Positions 32,291 to 44,749 of a DNA stretch of 64,000 bases are shown one piece after another; within the stretch, counting starts at the first letter, position 1; every line of letters begins with the position of its first letter. This stretch comes from Lama glama (taxonomy: Eukaryota): the NCBI GenBank assembly GCA_028534125.1, contig CM052817.1, positions 96,102,001 through 96,166,000 of the forward strand, written 5' to 3'. The notes under the pieces are model-generated. The model searched no databases and had not been told where the DNA came from. It worked only from the letters and a program-made list of their open reading frames with translations. Made by a program: the position numbers and the translations under genes.

Positions 32291-35200
32291 GACCAAGGGT
32301 TCCCTTGGGAATGAGGGTTCAGTGCTTCAGGCTCTGGGCTCTCCTGGACTTTGCGGCTTCCAGAGAGAGAGCAGCCTGGCTCACTGGTTTCAAGTTTCCT
32401 TTCAGTACCAATTCTGAGGTTGTAACTAACAATGCCTGGACTGGCTAACTTTCCATCTCAGGACCTGGCAGTGCCCACCTGTTCACCTGAAGCCAGAATG
32501 AAGGCACATGCTTTCTCCTCTCCCTCCAAGGTCTTTGGTCTTTGGGGAGGGCTGTGATTGGAGAAGAGACCCCAGCCCCTGGCTGCCCAGCTAGGACAGC
32601 CTGACTCCTTGAGAGGAAAGTCATTTTTGAGGATGTGGAGTTCACATCCCTAAGTTAAGTCTCTAACTTCTACCAAAGGATCCTAAAGGATTAGATAAGA
32701 ATCAGTTGGCAACTTGCACTTTTTTTCCATCAAGTTTTCACTTTGCAGCTCTGAGAGCTTTTAATTGTCAGAGGGGTTCATTCTTCCATTTCCTAAATCA
32801 TTCCATTGATTTTATTCCCCTTATGCTGCTTTCTTTTTCAGTAAGACTCCCCTCCTCCCCGCTCCTGGGATTCACTCAGAATCTGGGAGATGAACAAGTG
32901 AAAAAAAGGGAGTGTGAGGGGGAGATGGGTAGTTAATACAAGATGATCTCTATCTTTCTCCAGGGAGAGGAAGAAAGGCACAGTGACCAGATGTGGTCAC
33001 ACCTGCCCTCTCCCTATCTTGATAGTAACTGTGCAAAAGAGAAAGGGGCATTATAATAAAATAGAAAAGGCGTGTTTTGGGGAACCAGCCCAGCTTCATC
33101 TGGTCAGGGATTCTCCATTTGTCCCGAGGAAAAGTGGAAGTACGCAGGTAACTGGGAATTAGTCTTGATACAATGCGTTCATTCGCTGTAAATAAAATCA
33201 CAAAGTTCCCTAAAGATGACATGAATTATCCCCTCTGGGCAGAAGGAAAAAGTGGGAAAATAAGCCAGTCAAGCTCTTGGAGCTGAATATGTGCCAAACA
33301 CCACTTTCCGTTCCGAAAAGCTCAGCCACAAGTCCTCTCGCAACCAACTGAGGTCAGAATCCTGCAGCCTTGTTACTAATTTTGCTATTAGTGTAGCTGT
33401 TGCATTTTTCAAAGTTAGTTTTTAACCATCTGATTCTACCATCTGCCTGAGGATTGCTCTCAGACAAAATGAGAGCTGAGTCTGCTCTTCCTACTTGCTC
33501 CCATTGCTACAGAATCCCACACTAGTGGGTTGAAGAAATGTCCAGTTGTTTCTAGCATGGCTTATCAGCACTGGAAGTGTGTGTGATTGGGGAAGAGGGT
33601 TGGAGGGAAGAGTAGACAGATTTAATGCAAGACAAGAACAATCGTATTTATTGTACCCCAATTTGAAACTACTTCCTAACTCAGTCATGAAGGTAAGAAG
33701 CATTCTTATTCTCCACCATTTAACTCTTGGCTATTAGGTATCAGTTACTGCAAGATAAAATGATTCAATCAGTCTAGGAGAAATCTCTTTAATACTCAAC
33801 CCCTCATCTTTCCATTTTCCCCTCCCCTGTGCCCTTCTCATTACTTTCATCTCTCAAATGGCTTGAATGAGGAAATCTTAGAAGCTGGTGTCACTGGTAG
33901 AAATAGCTCCCTTATTGAGGCAGGATTTCTATATTAATTTTAACACTGCTCATGAGTTGCTTATAAAAAAAGATCCCCTCCCCAGAACATACTTTTCTTG
34001 TGCGTTTAAGGCAGAGAAAACTGCCATGAGATGAAGTAATGCTTTACTTTCCTGCAGCAGAAAGTTTGAGCTTTTGTTTGTAATTCATAATAAACAAGCC
34101 ATTGACAAGCGAGAGTTGGCTGGTTTTTCAGGTTTGGCAAACTCACTCTTACACAAACTCTTTTCCCTTGTTCAGGAAAGGATGCTATTCCTGAAACTGC
34201 AGCCAGATGCAGCTCGAAGCAATCCCAGTGTTACACGTGGCATTTGGGCTGGCGGATGCCAAGTAGATGTGATAAAGCAGAAACTGGACACAGGCGACAC
34301 ATCTTAGGGTAACTCCTCTTCAGGCTTCCTAAGAACCATCAGAGCAGAAATAGGCTAGAAGATAACGCATTTTAAGAATCAATCCCCAAACCCTTTTATG
34401 CACTCTGAGACTCAACACTTACAATATGGGAGGCATAGAAGGGGGGAAAAACAAACAAAGCTACAAATGTCTCTTCCACTTTAAATTGGGTAGGCATTAA
34501 GAGTTCCTCCAATCTTTCCTGTCTGAACTCCTTCTGCCCTCATGCTCATTTCTACTCTCCTTCTTCCCACCTCACCATTTCCATCATAATTTCCCCCAGC
34601 TCCTCTCCTCACTTTCCTTCTCCCAACCACTTCTTCTTCCCGGCACGTTCTTGTAGAACCTGAATTGTGTGCAAATCTATGAACGAGATCTCAGGCAATT
34701 TCATAGTGAGAGGATTCTAAAAAGTGATCAACAGATCTTAGATCCCAGTAAACTTGACTGTGTCTTTGAAGATGCTGTGGGGATATGTGGCTAGGGGGCA
34801 TATAACACAGATTTGGGTCCCAATGAAATATATAAAATTGTGGCTGTTCTTGGCAGCTCGGTTGGTATGAGGTACAGGTCTAAGGGAGATGTCTGGATGC
34901 TCTTCTTTTGTGAACATCTTTAACCACGTGGAGGAGATGCCAAGAACATTTTTACCCTTTTGGTTGAAGAAGAAGCACACATCGACACTAGAAGCTATCC
35001 TATTTACCACCTAAACACACTGACTTTTAGATGGAAATGCCATCAGTTGTCTCTGCCCAGTTCTGTTGCAGATCTATTAATCATATCCGCAAGGATTGCC
35101 AAAATGGCAGGGCTCTCTTCGCTTTTCAGTTTATACAGAACAGAATCATTTACATAAAGTCCTTAAGGCAAATAACTGTTGGGGCTCTAATTTATATCTG

Positions 35201-36829
35201 ATCGAAAATTAGCCGTCATTATGCGCTCCATTAGCAGCGTCTTTAATGTGCTTCTAAGCACCATTTGTCAAGCGGCTTGTTAATATCCTTCAAGTCTTTA
35301 AAGTTGAGAGCTCATTAAAGAGTGCGCTCTGTTATTGATGTAATTTAGATGAGTTTGGAAGAGCAAGTACACCATGCCTTGAATGGGCAACCTCCAGAAG
35401 CCAGGGCAAGGGGGCATGTGGTGCCCAAGTTCAGGGTTAATGATTTCCCAGAAGCCTTTGTGCTTCCTTGACAGAAGATCTCTGGGTCCTGCAAGGTGTT
35501 TTTGAAGCCCCCCTCCCTGACCTGGGTGTAAGACATTCATTTCTCTGGAAAAGCCTATGTTTGTCTTCAATGTTTCATGTTTTTCTCATCAATTCACTGA
35601 ACGCTTATGAGAAAGAGTGGGGAGTATGAAAAAATGGGCTCTACTCTAAAATCCTTGATCAGAGAATTGATCAGTTTTCTTTTCTTTCCCTTTTGCCATC
35701 CCACACTTAGTCCCTCGTTGTTTGCTTCCTGAGGTCTGCCCTTTATTCCACAGGGTGGAGGAAGTAAATATCCATTGAGAAAACTATAGGCCTAAAGACA
35801 GAGATACTGCCCTTGAACCTATTTGGACTGAGGTACAGTAAACCCGCTTAATTATGTACGTATTATTGCATTATCTATCAACCACACCATCAGAAGAGCA
35901 TAAAGTCCAATAAATTACCTCAGTTATTTATCTAAAAATCCATATATTTTGTCATTTTCTTTCTGGAGGAGATTATGTTAGTGTAACACAATAAAGAAAA
36001 TCATTAGCACGGCCAGAAATTGCAACTGAGTGCAACGATAACTCCACTGGCAGGGATAAATAACAGTTAGGAAGCTGCATTTTGCCCTGGATTTTCTGGT
36101 AGGTTAGATCAGCCTCTTTTGGATTCAGATATTGAGTGTCTCTGTGAATCTTGGCATCAGTGGTTTAGTAAAAGATTGTAAACTACCCCCCTTCTAAATC
36201 TCACATTAAAAGAAAAGCATTCAAACCACCACGATTTTTGAACCCCACTTCTATCTCCACTCTAAATTCACTTCCCTTCCTGAGACCTTCTGGGAGCTCG
36301 GAGATTAATGCAAGATAATGAAAGACATTAGGCATTTTATTCTCTCCACTAAATTTCCAAGATTCTTTCAGCCTTAGAAGCTTGCGTGCGAAGATGGCTC
36401 TACTTTATCAGATTGAAGCGAAAATAAAACCAAGAGTTTAGAAACTGGACCTGGATGGGGTTGGCTCAAACACCTCAAAGTCTTCTTAAAGGAGACCCAT
36501 CTCCCCCTGTACCTCCTGCTTAAAGAATAATCTCATTTTCATCATTGGTTAACCAGTTTATTCCTGCACTCTACACCTTAAAAGAGTTCATCACATACAC
36601 ACGGAGAAAGAGAAGGGAGAAAGAAATTTATAATAAGATCAATCTAAGGACATATTGAGGTCATATAACAGCACAAATATTCTCAAGTGCTCTGTATAAT
36701 GTGCAGCGGGGATTTTGGGCAGTTTTATTGTGTGGTAGGATCCTCATCTCCGTTGTTTTTTACAGGATTCCTCCAGGCTAAAGTAATAAAGCGAGTAATT
36801 AGAATGCTAAAGACAGATGTAAATAACAG

Positions 36830-37460
36830 GAACGAGACAGCGGTGACAGATGAGCGGCTGGGTCAGGAAAGAGCCCAGTTGGTGGAAATGACACCGCTTC
36901 CTCGCTCCCGGCCCCCTCCCCCACCCCATTCCCTTTTTCTCCCTCGGCCTCTCTTTCCGCCCAGCCGTGGCCTTAGGCGGCCGGCCGGGGACGCGCCGGT
37001 CAAATTGCTTTCGGGAGGCGCAGCGCGGCTGCGGTGTTGGGCAGCGGCGCAGAGGGCGTCTCGAGCCCCGGGAGCCGCAGGCTCGCCCTCTGATCGGCCG
37101 CGAGGCGGGCGCCCCCCGGGGGGTCAGGGCCTTCCCAGGGCCCCTCCCAGGCCGCCGGGGCTCGCAGCCACGCAGCCCTCGCCTCCCGGCACGTCCCCGC
37201 CTGCGCCCCGCCGGGGACCTCGCGCGCGGGGGCTGAGCGCCGGGGCCGCTTCGTGCTCCCCTCTGACCAGATGCCTTTGGGCCTTTGTCACCTTTTCTCC
37301 CAAACCAGATGCAAGGGGCCCCAGAGGTGCCTTCATCGCCCACTTTGGCCGATGAAGCCCGGGCGCGCCCTGGCGCCTCCGCTGGCCACACGGCTGTAGC
37401 CCAAGACCCGGGAAGCGGCCCAGCTGCGCCGGGGTCTCAAAGGCGCTTTTCCTCCTGGAA
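36830..37460. promoter_or_regulatory. Orphan CpG island
   Basis: Extremely GC/CpG-rich 0.6 kb within AT-rich flanks. Confidence 0.8.
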
Positions 37461-39534
37461 ATTCCACCCTGGTGGTGCATTACAGGCCTTCCTTGGACTC
37501 CCCTCCAAGGCCACCCTGGTGAAAGCCAGCCATTCCTTATGTAAATATACAAGTTAGCCCACGAGGAGCCCGAGAAAAACAACTCACCTTGCCTTTTGAT
37601 TAAAAGACGCAGCAGCAGCAAATTTGACTTTCCCGCCACTGACCTACCAACAGCCATACACGTAGGAGAGCAAATAGGGTAATTCCTAAGGGAATGAACT
37701 TCAGTTCCCTCCCTACGATGTAAACAGGCTGAGCAGCCTGGTCTCAGCTTGTTATATGTAAGTCAAAATACGTAAATGCTACTTAACTTCTGTCTTTAGT
37801 GTTAGAGAAGCAAGAATAATCAGATCTGATTCAAATCTCGTAACAGGTCGTTTAATCACTAAAACTCTTTTAGTGATGAAAGAAACCCTTTTATTTGTGG
37901 TTTGAGGCCTGGGGCCTGTGCAGGTTTGAAGATTCATTTTAAGGAGAGTCACAATTCAAAGGCCTGCTGCTACACTTTGGAGTGGCCGTGGTTAAGCCTA
38001 GACAGAAGGGACCATTGTCACCTTCTTATTTTAGCTTTAGAGCACTGAACGTCTTCTGTATAATATCAGTACTCTCCAATCACACACACACACATCAAAC
38101 AAACAAAAAACCCCTGGGTGAACCAAACTAGGCCAGGGGGCAGGCAGATCTAACCTCCCCTGGTAATGTCGGTCCTGGGGTAGGTTAGCAAGAGCTTATG
38201 AAATGCAGTGACATGTATGTCTTCTGAGAAATTCCTGTTACTGCCCAGATTGTTAGCATTAGTTGTACCCACCAGAGGAGGAAGAGAACCATTCTTCCAG
38301 GCTTTTAAAGGAGGATTGTAAATAAGTAGGGCAAAATGAGAAATATATTTTAAAATCAATTTTGGTTTTAACTTTTAATATCTAATCAGTACATATATTT
38401 TCATCATTTGTATCAGTAAATGCAATGGATGCATTTCTGAACCTGTTCCCTGACTGATTCAGACTGATTACTGTTTTGTTTTGAGTTAACATTTTATTTT
38501 TAAACAAACTCTCTCTTTCTTAAAAGAAACACTGGGGAATGTCTGTAGAGTATTTATGAAGCTGGTAATAATGGAGGGCATTATTCCTTTTAGGCGCTTA
38601 GGTCAAATCTATAGGGCAGAGTTTTGGAGGCATTTGCTAAGTCTATCCTTAATGAAAGCCAGTATTTCAGACATTCAGCATGACTAAAGAATGAGACCTC
38701 CTCCCCAGATAAAAAGTTTATCAACATTCGTGGGGATTGATGAGGGTATCGCTGGATGATTCATGTAAGATTGGTAGCCTACTCTGCATGATATATATTT
38801 TTCTAACTCTAGTAACTGCAGGTCTTCATTAAAATGGACCAGAACAATTTTAAAAGCTCTGACTTTGGAAAAACTGCATGGGGTCTAAAACTAATGCTTA
38901 CGAAGAAACATACTGGACTAAGGGATAAATGCCCTCTGTTCATGTGTTGCCTCAGGACTTGAAATATAGGTCTGATCTGAAGTGTCGACCCACCCATAGC
39001 AATAACTCCATATGGGTGACAGCAATCTTCACTCACACTCGGGTGAAGGAGCTTCATATGTTTCCACTCAGAATCAGGCTGGTGCTGCTGGCGGTGGAAG
39101 ATAGTAGGGGGGAATAAAGTCTCAGAGAAGGTTATAATGTAAATTTGTGGTGCAGACGCATTCTGAGTGTGGAGGGTTTTGTTTTGTTTTGTTTTATTGC
39201 TAAGCCAGCTATGTGACCGGAAATGAAGGGAAGGAAGAAGGAGGATGAGTGGGAAAGCATTAAGTCACGTTGGCTTGGATCACTTTTGTAGGAGGTGAGA
39301 ATTCCTTTTGCGTTTCCTTTTGTTTTGTGAAGAAGTCTCACTGTGTGCAGAAATATTTTCTGTTATAGAAATCTCACATGTTAAGTTGTGACTCATTAGT
39401 GGGTAATGAACTTAATTTAATGGATTGGGACCAACATAAGGAAAAACGTAAGAAAGTGAAGTAGAACAGAAACAATCAATTGGACCACATTTGGTGAGAA
39501 CAAGTTTTGCTTCACAAAACTTTAGTTTTATTAT

Positions 39535-39924
39535 TTTTTTCCATTGATTTGATTTTTTTTTTATTTTTTAAACTTTTTTTTTATTGAGTTATAGTCATTT
39601 TACAATGTTGTGTCAAATTCCAGGGCAGAGCACAATTTTTCAGTTATATATGAACATGCATATATTCATTGTCACATTCCTTTTACTGTGAGCTACCACA
39701 AGATCTTGTATATATTTCCCTGTGCTATACAGTATAATCTTGTTTACCTATTCTACATATGCCTGTCAGTGTCTACAAATTTTGAACTCCCAGTCTATCC
39801 CTTCCCACCCTCCTCCCCCTTGGCAACCACAAGTTTGTATTCTGTGTCTATGAGTCTGTTTCTGTATTGTATTTATGTTCTTTTTTTTTTTAGATTCCAC
39901 GTATGAGCGATCTCATATGGTATT
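39535..39924 (-). mobile_element. Young camelid-type LINE-1 3' end
   Basis: T tail, TTTACAATGTTGTGTCAAATTCC..TAGATTCCACGTATGAGCGATCTCATATGG; perfect TSD TTTAGTTTTATTAT at 39521-39534 and 39925-39938. Confidence 0.88.
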
Positions 39925-40380
39925 TTTAGTTTTATTATATACATCTCAATGTTTCTATTGGGCCATAGTGTAAAATGTATTTCTTACTGTATATGTTAGT
40001 CAGAAACACTTGAAAACTATTGTTGCAGGAACTACATCACCTCCTGTTGTCCCAGAGAACTCTTTCTGGGTTACACTAGCCCCTAAGGGTTTATCAGTCC
40101 CTTTGCCCGTTGTCACTTACTTGTGCCACTTATTCGATGCCTTTCTAGTGCTTTCTTGTATTATTGACTTCTCACCTGCATGCATCTTTTCTGTGTAATT
40201 GAATTTAAAATTTAAACTGCTTCAAAGATGTGACTGTCAGGCTTCTCTGTATACTTCTTGGTCTCCAATATGGTGCTGCACACATGGTCCTTAACTGGCA
40301 AGGGTAGATGATTAATTATGTACTTAATAAAAGCAAGTCAGATCTCGGCTCTTATGCCACTTTCTCAGGGATGCATTTAA

Positions 40381-40530
40381 TTTTTTTTTAGTTTTTTTTT
40401 TGTTTTTTTTGAGGAGAGTAATTAGGTTTACTCATTTATTTATTTATTTTTAGTGGAGGTCCTGGGGACTGAGCCCAGGACCTCACACATGCTAAGCATG
40501 TGCTCTACCACTTGAGCTGTACCCACCCCC
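40381..40530 (-). mobile_element. tRNA-Ala-derived SINE
   Basis: Antisense head GGGGACTGAGCCCAGGACCTCACACATGCTAAGCATGTGCTCTACCACTTGAGCT; TSD AGGGATGCATTT at 40367-40378 and 40532-40543. Confidence 0.9.
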
Positions 40531-40559
40531 TAGGGATGCATTTTTTAAACATGCTCCCT

Positions 40560-40800
40560 ACCTCTGCTCTAAGCCAAATCACATCCCGATTACTGGCTCT
40601 CAAAGCCCTTTGTAATGCCTTAGTAACACTTCCTGGTGTTTAAATATAAATATCTGTGGGACTCAGTAAATTGTTTCCTCGACCAGAGTGTCAGTTTCAT
40701 TAAAATGGACCAGATCCGTTGGACTCCCTTGTATTTAGCACAGTTCTTGGCACATGGTGGGCACGCAGTAAATATTTGTTGACTGACTGATTGATTGACA
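40560..40800 (+). mobile_element. LINE-2 3' end
   Basis: AGCACAGTTCTTGGCACATGGTGGGCACGCAGTAAATATTTGTTGACTGACTGA. Confidence 0.65.
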
Positions 40801-41359
40801 AGCTAAATGACTTCAAGAATGACCAGCGGTTCTGGCGGAGGCAGCTGGCCCACTCTTACTTGTTATCAGAAAGGTGTTTGCTAATGACCTTGGGATGACA
40901 AGAGAAGATTCTGATCTAACGATCTGAGGAAGTTAGAACTTTCTATGGTGACATTGTTATTTTTCTTCAGTTATGCTGTCCCCATGTTATTTTGGTTTGC
41001 CTGCACCTGGCTAGAGACGTGGGTCTGTGTAAGAAACACTGCGTGAGTGACAGCTCAGCGATTTCTGAATAACTGCTGTGGAGAAAATGGTTCTACTGTG
41101 TGAGGCGCAGTTTGCGCACAACATAAGAAATCTCTCTTTAGAACTTGTGAGCTGTTTTTCCTTCTTAATAGACTGATAGTCTTTATATTAGGTAAATGAG
41201 AGCTGCTACCCTTGTGACCTCCCTCTTTGCTTTGGCTGATAGTGCAGACCTAAGATTTGGGTTAAAATGCAATAGGTTTTTTCAATATGTGTATTTTGGG
41301 AATACGTATTTATCTTCTTTTTCTCTAGACTTTTTTCTGTGTGTGTGTGTGGTTTTTCT

Positions 41360-41437
41360 TATATCTATTTATCTATCTATCTGCTGTCTATCTATCTGTT
41401 TATCTGTCTATCTATCTACCTACCTACCTACCTATCT
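41360..41437. repeat. (TATC)n/(TACC)n tetranucleotide repeat
   Basis: Read directly from the sequence. Confidence 0.9.
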
Positions 41438-41499
41438 GGAATTCTGCCCTTTCTGGTTTTGTTATACCTATGTGATTTTATTATACCCATACAGGAAAT

Positions 41500-41703
41500 A
41501 GTGCGCATCAGCTTTGGAGTGGGATAGACCTGGGTTCAAATTCTGAGCAAATCTGGACTGTCATAGTTCCTAGCAATGGGATTCTTGGAAAAGAAATCTC
41601 TCTGTGTCTTACTCTTCTCAACTGTAAAATGAGACCAATACTACTTTCTTCATTGTTTTAATTATTATCTGAGTTATTAGCACAGCGTTTAGCACATTTT
41701 AGG
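41500..41703 (+). mobile_element. MIR SINE
   Basis: GCTTTGGAGT..AGACCTGGGTTCAAATTCTG..CTCAACTGTAAAATGAG. Confidence 0.65.
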
Positions 41704-42203
41704 NNNNNNNNNNNNNNNNNNNNNNNNNNNNNNNNNNNNNNNNNNNNNNNNNNNNNNNNNNNNNNNNNNNNNNNNNNNNNNNNNNNNNNNNNNNNNNNNN
41801 NNNNNNNNNNNNNNNNNNNNNNNNNNNNNNNNNNNNNNNNNNNNNNNNNNNNNNNNNNNNNNNNNNNNNNNNNNNNNNNNNNNNNNNNNNNNNNNNNNNN
41901 NNNNNNNNNNNNNNNNNNNNNNNNNNNNNNNNNNNNNNNNNNNNNNNNNNNNNNNNNNNNNNNNNNNNNNNNNNNNNNNNNNNNNNNNNNNNNNNNNNNN
42001 NNNNNNNNNNNNNNNNNNNNNNNNNNNNNNNNNNNNNNNNNNNNNNNNNNNNNNNNNNNNNNNNNNNNNNNNNNNNNNNNNNNNNNNNNNNNNNNNNNNN
42101 NNNNNNNNNNNNNNNNNNNNNNNNNNNNNNNNNNNNNNNNNNNNNNNNNNNNNNNNNNNNNNNNNNNNNNNNNNNNNNNNNNNNNNNNNNNNNNNNNNNN
42201 NNN
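41704..42203. other. Assembly gap (500 N)
   Basis: Run of exactly 500 N. Confidence 0.99.
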
Positions 42204-44749
42204 GATGTGCATCAAAAATAAATTGATATCACCTGAAATTCTACCTTTAGACGTAACAACTGTTAACATTTTGTGGTATTTCTTTCAAGAACAGCTTTCT
42301 GTGCATATTCAATAATATAAACGCTAAATTTGTAGTAATTTGTGGCAGCAGCAATAGAAAACTGATATACCTAGTATGAAGGCACTATCAGTTATTTGAC
42401 CAATTACTTATTATTGGGTATTTAGAGTGAATCTAGGTTTTGTTTGTTCTTTTGCTAGCATGAGGAAGAAACTTCAATAAATAGCTTTGCACCTTCAACA
42501 TTTCTCACTTGTCTGATTACTTCTTCAGATAAATTTTTAGAGATGAAATTGCGAGGTCATAAAGTTTTTAAAGGCTTTTGGTACATGCTGTCAAATTGCT
42601 CTTAGATTAATTTTTTTAACAATTTCCATTTCTTCCACCTTGTTTTACCCACAATAACGCTGGTTATTTGTATTGTTTTAAAATTTTCATCATATGTGGT
42701 AAAGTATTAGTATGAAGTCATTGTTAATTTGCATTTCTTTGACCACTAGTGGGTGCAGAGCGTTGTTTTAAAGTTTAGGGCTTTACAAGTGGTGACAAGC
42801 TGATTATCCTCTGATGCTAAACTTATTCAGCCTCGTAAATTCTAGATTGTCCAAGCAAATAGCAATGAAAACATTTTTTTTTACATGTTGTAGTAATTCA
42901 TATATATACAAAATATAAGGTTATGGTATATACACTCAAAATTTTGGAGACAACAATACAGTCAATTTCAATTTCATAAATTTTATGGGGTGATTTTATG
43001 AACTGTTACTTCATACAGAGCTTGAGAGGTTAGAAACAAAAGCAAGATGTTAGGAAAGAAAAGCAGTTTTTAGTGAAGTATTAATTAAATCTAGGGCACT
43101 TGAATCTTTTTCTTTCTTTGATTTTCTTTGAATTTCTTTCTTTCTTTGATCTCAATTCAGGTCATTGTTTTTAAAATATAAGAATCCCCAAATAATAACA
43201 TGGCCATATTACTCTCCAGGGCATACTTTATAATTTCTATAGTGTGTGTGTGGGAGGGAAGAGGAGATAAATACCAGTTAGGGATAACACTAATATGATG
43301 TATTCCTTGAAAAATATCCGGGTAAAGTTACTTAGGAAAGAAGGCAGTTAGGGCCTTTCACCTTAATGGAAGTTATGTTCATTTCTTTTTCTAAAGACTC
43401 CTTATATTTCACCTTTAAACGAGGCTCCTGATATGTCTTCTACATTTCTCTACATACCATAATTTCTGTGTAGATACATTATGTCTATCCTGTGAGAGGA
43501 AAGGAAGGCCCCCAGAAGGGAAGATGTGGGAAAGAGAATAAAGATAAAGGGTCCTTAAAGGATCCGTATTTAAAAATTAGATCAGTAGGTGTCTATGCCA
43601 GGATATTATCAGTGTTAACCGAAAATGCGGGAGCACAAAGATATTTGTTTACTGTAACCTGGGATGCAATTTTTAAAAACCACTTTTAGGGAATCTTCTT
43701 AGAAAGTATGAAAACCAGAAAAGGTATGATGATATGGTAGCAAATTTTTTAAGGGAGAAACTGAAACCTCAAGTAATGGTGGTACACTATGGAATGCTGT
43801 ATTTCAGGCACTGTCATTTTGATAAAAAAGGAATTAGAGACCATTGTAAATACTTATACTTTCTCGGTGAGTGGTCCTCGCTGCATTATTTATGGAAGGA
43901 TCTTTTATAGGTAAGAACCAGCATTTGATGCAATTGTGATTTGCATCTGTCATCATAAAACCTTGATTTTGTTTTCAGGTTTGTTTTCAGTTTCACAAGT
44001 AAAAATGACTCAAATTGAAATTTAAGGAGAAAGTGCTGAAGAAACCTTTTGATTAAATCTATCAGAAGGGAGAGAGCAGTGTGGCTGTTTAGCATTTGAT
44101 CATAAATCCTGGTTTCTGTTGACCTTCCCAACAGGTTTATGTTTGATATATCTAATTTCCTGAAGTGTTTTCAAAGGTGCGGACATTTTGATTAAAAATC
44201 TTCTCACGAAATTTTCCGGACACCTTTTTAAGGGATCTTAAAATTAATTTAAAAAGACACTATAAGCAAAAGGCTGTTATTACAGAAACGGTTTCAGAGG
44301 AAAAAAAATCAGTACTTGTTGTTTGGATTTAGAACTTCAAAGCTAGAATTGTTCTTATAAAAGGAAAATAAAGTTTTCTTATGGTTTATCTCATTTTTTT
44401 AATAGAGTGAGATGAGATGGGGTATTTGTAATGAAAATGGTTAAGGCAACACTTTACACCACAGTAGGAGAATCTTCTTTGTCTTTAATATTTTTATTGT
44501 TAAAACACATACACACAATAGTCATATATGTGGAAAAAATTTAAACAATGCAGATGTATAAAAAGTAAAATTATTTCCACTTTCCCATTCCCTAGAGGTA
44601 TCACAGTTCACATTTGGGTTTAGAATGTTTAAGACCTTTTTCTGTATGTATTTAAATATATACGTGACCACAAATACACAGAATTATATTTAAATAACAA
44701 TGTGATCAGGCTGAATTTACTCTATAGTCGGAAACTTCTTTTCGTCTTT

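Noticed and set aside
36687..37657. Overlapping ORFs of 177-222 aa
   Set aside because: Open on both strands because of extreme GC content; no recognisable protein
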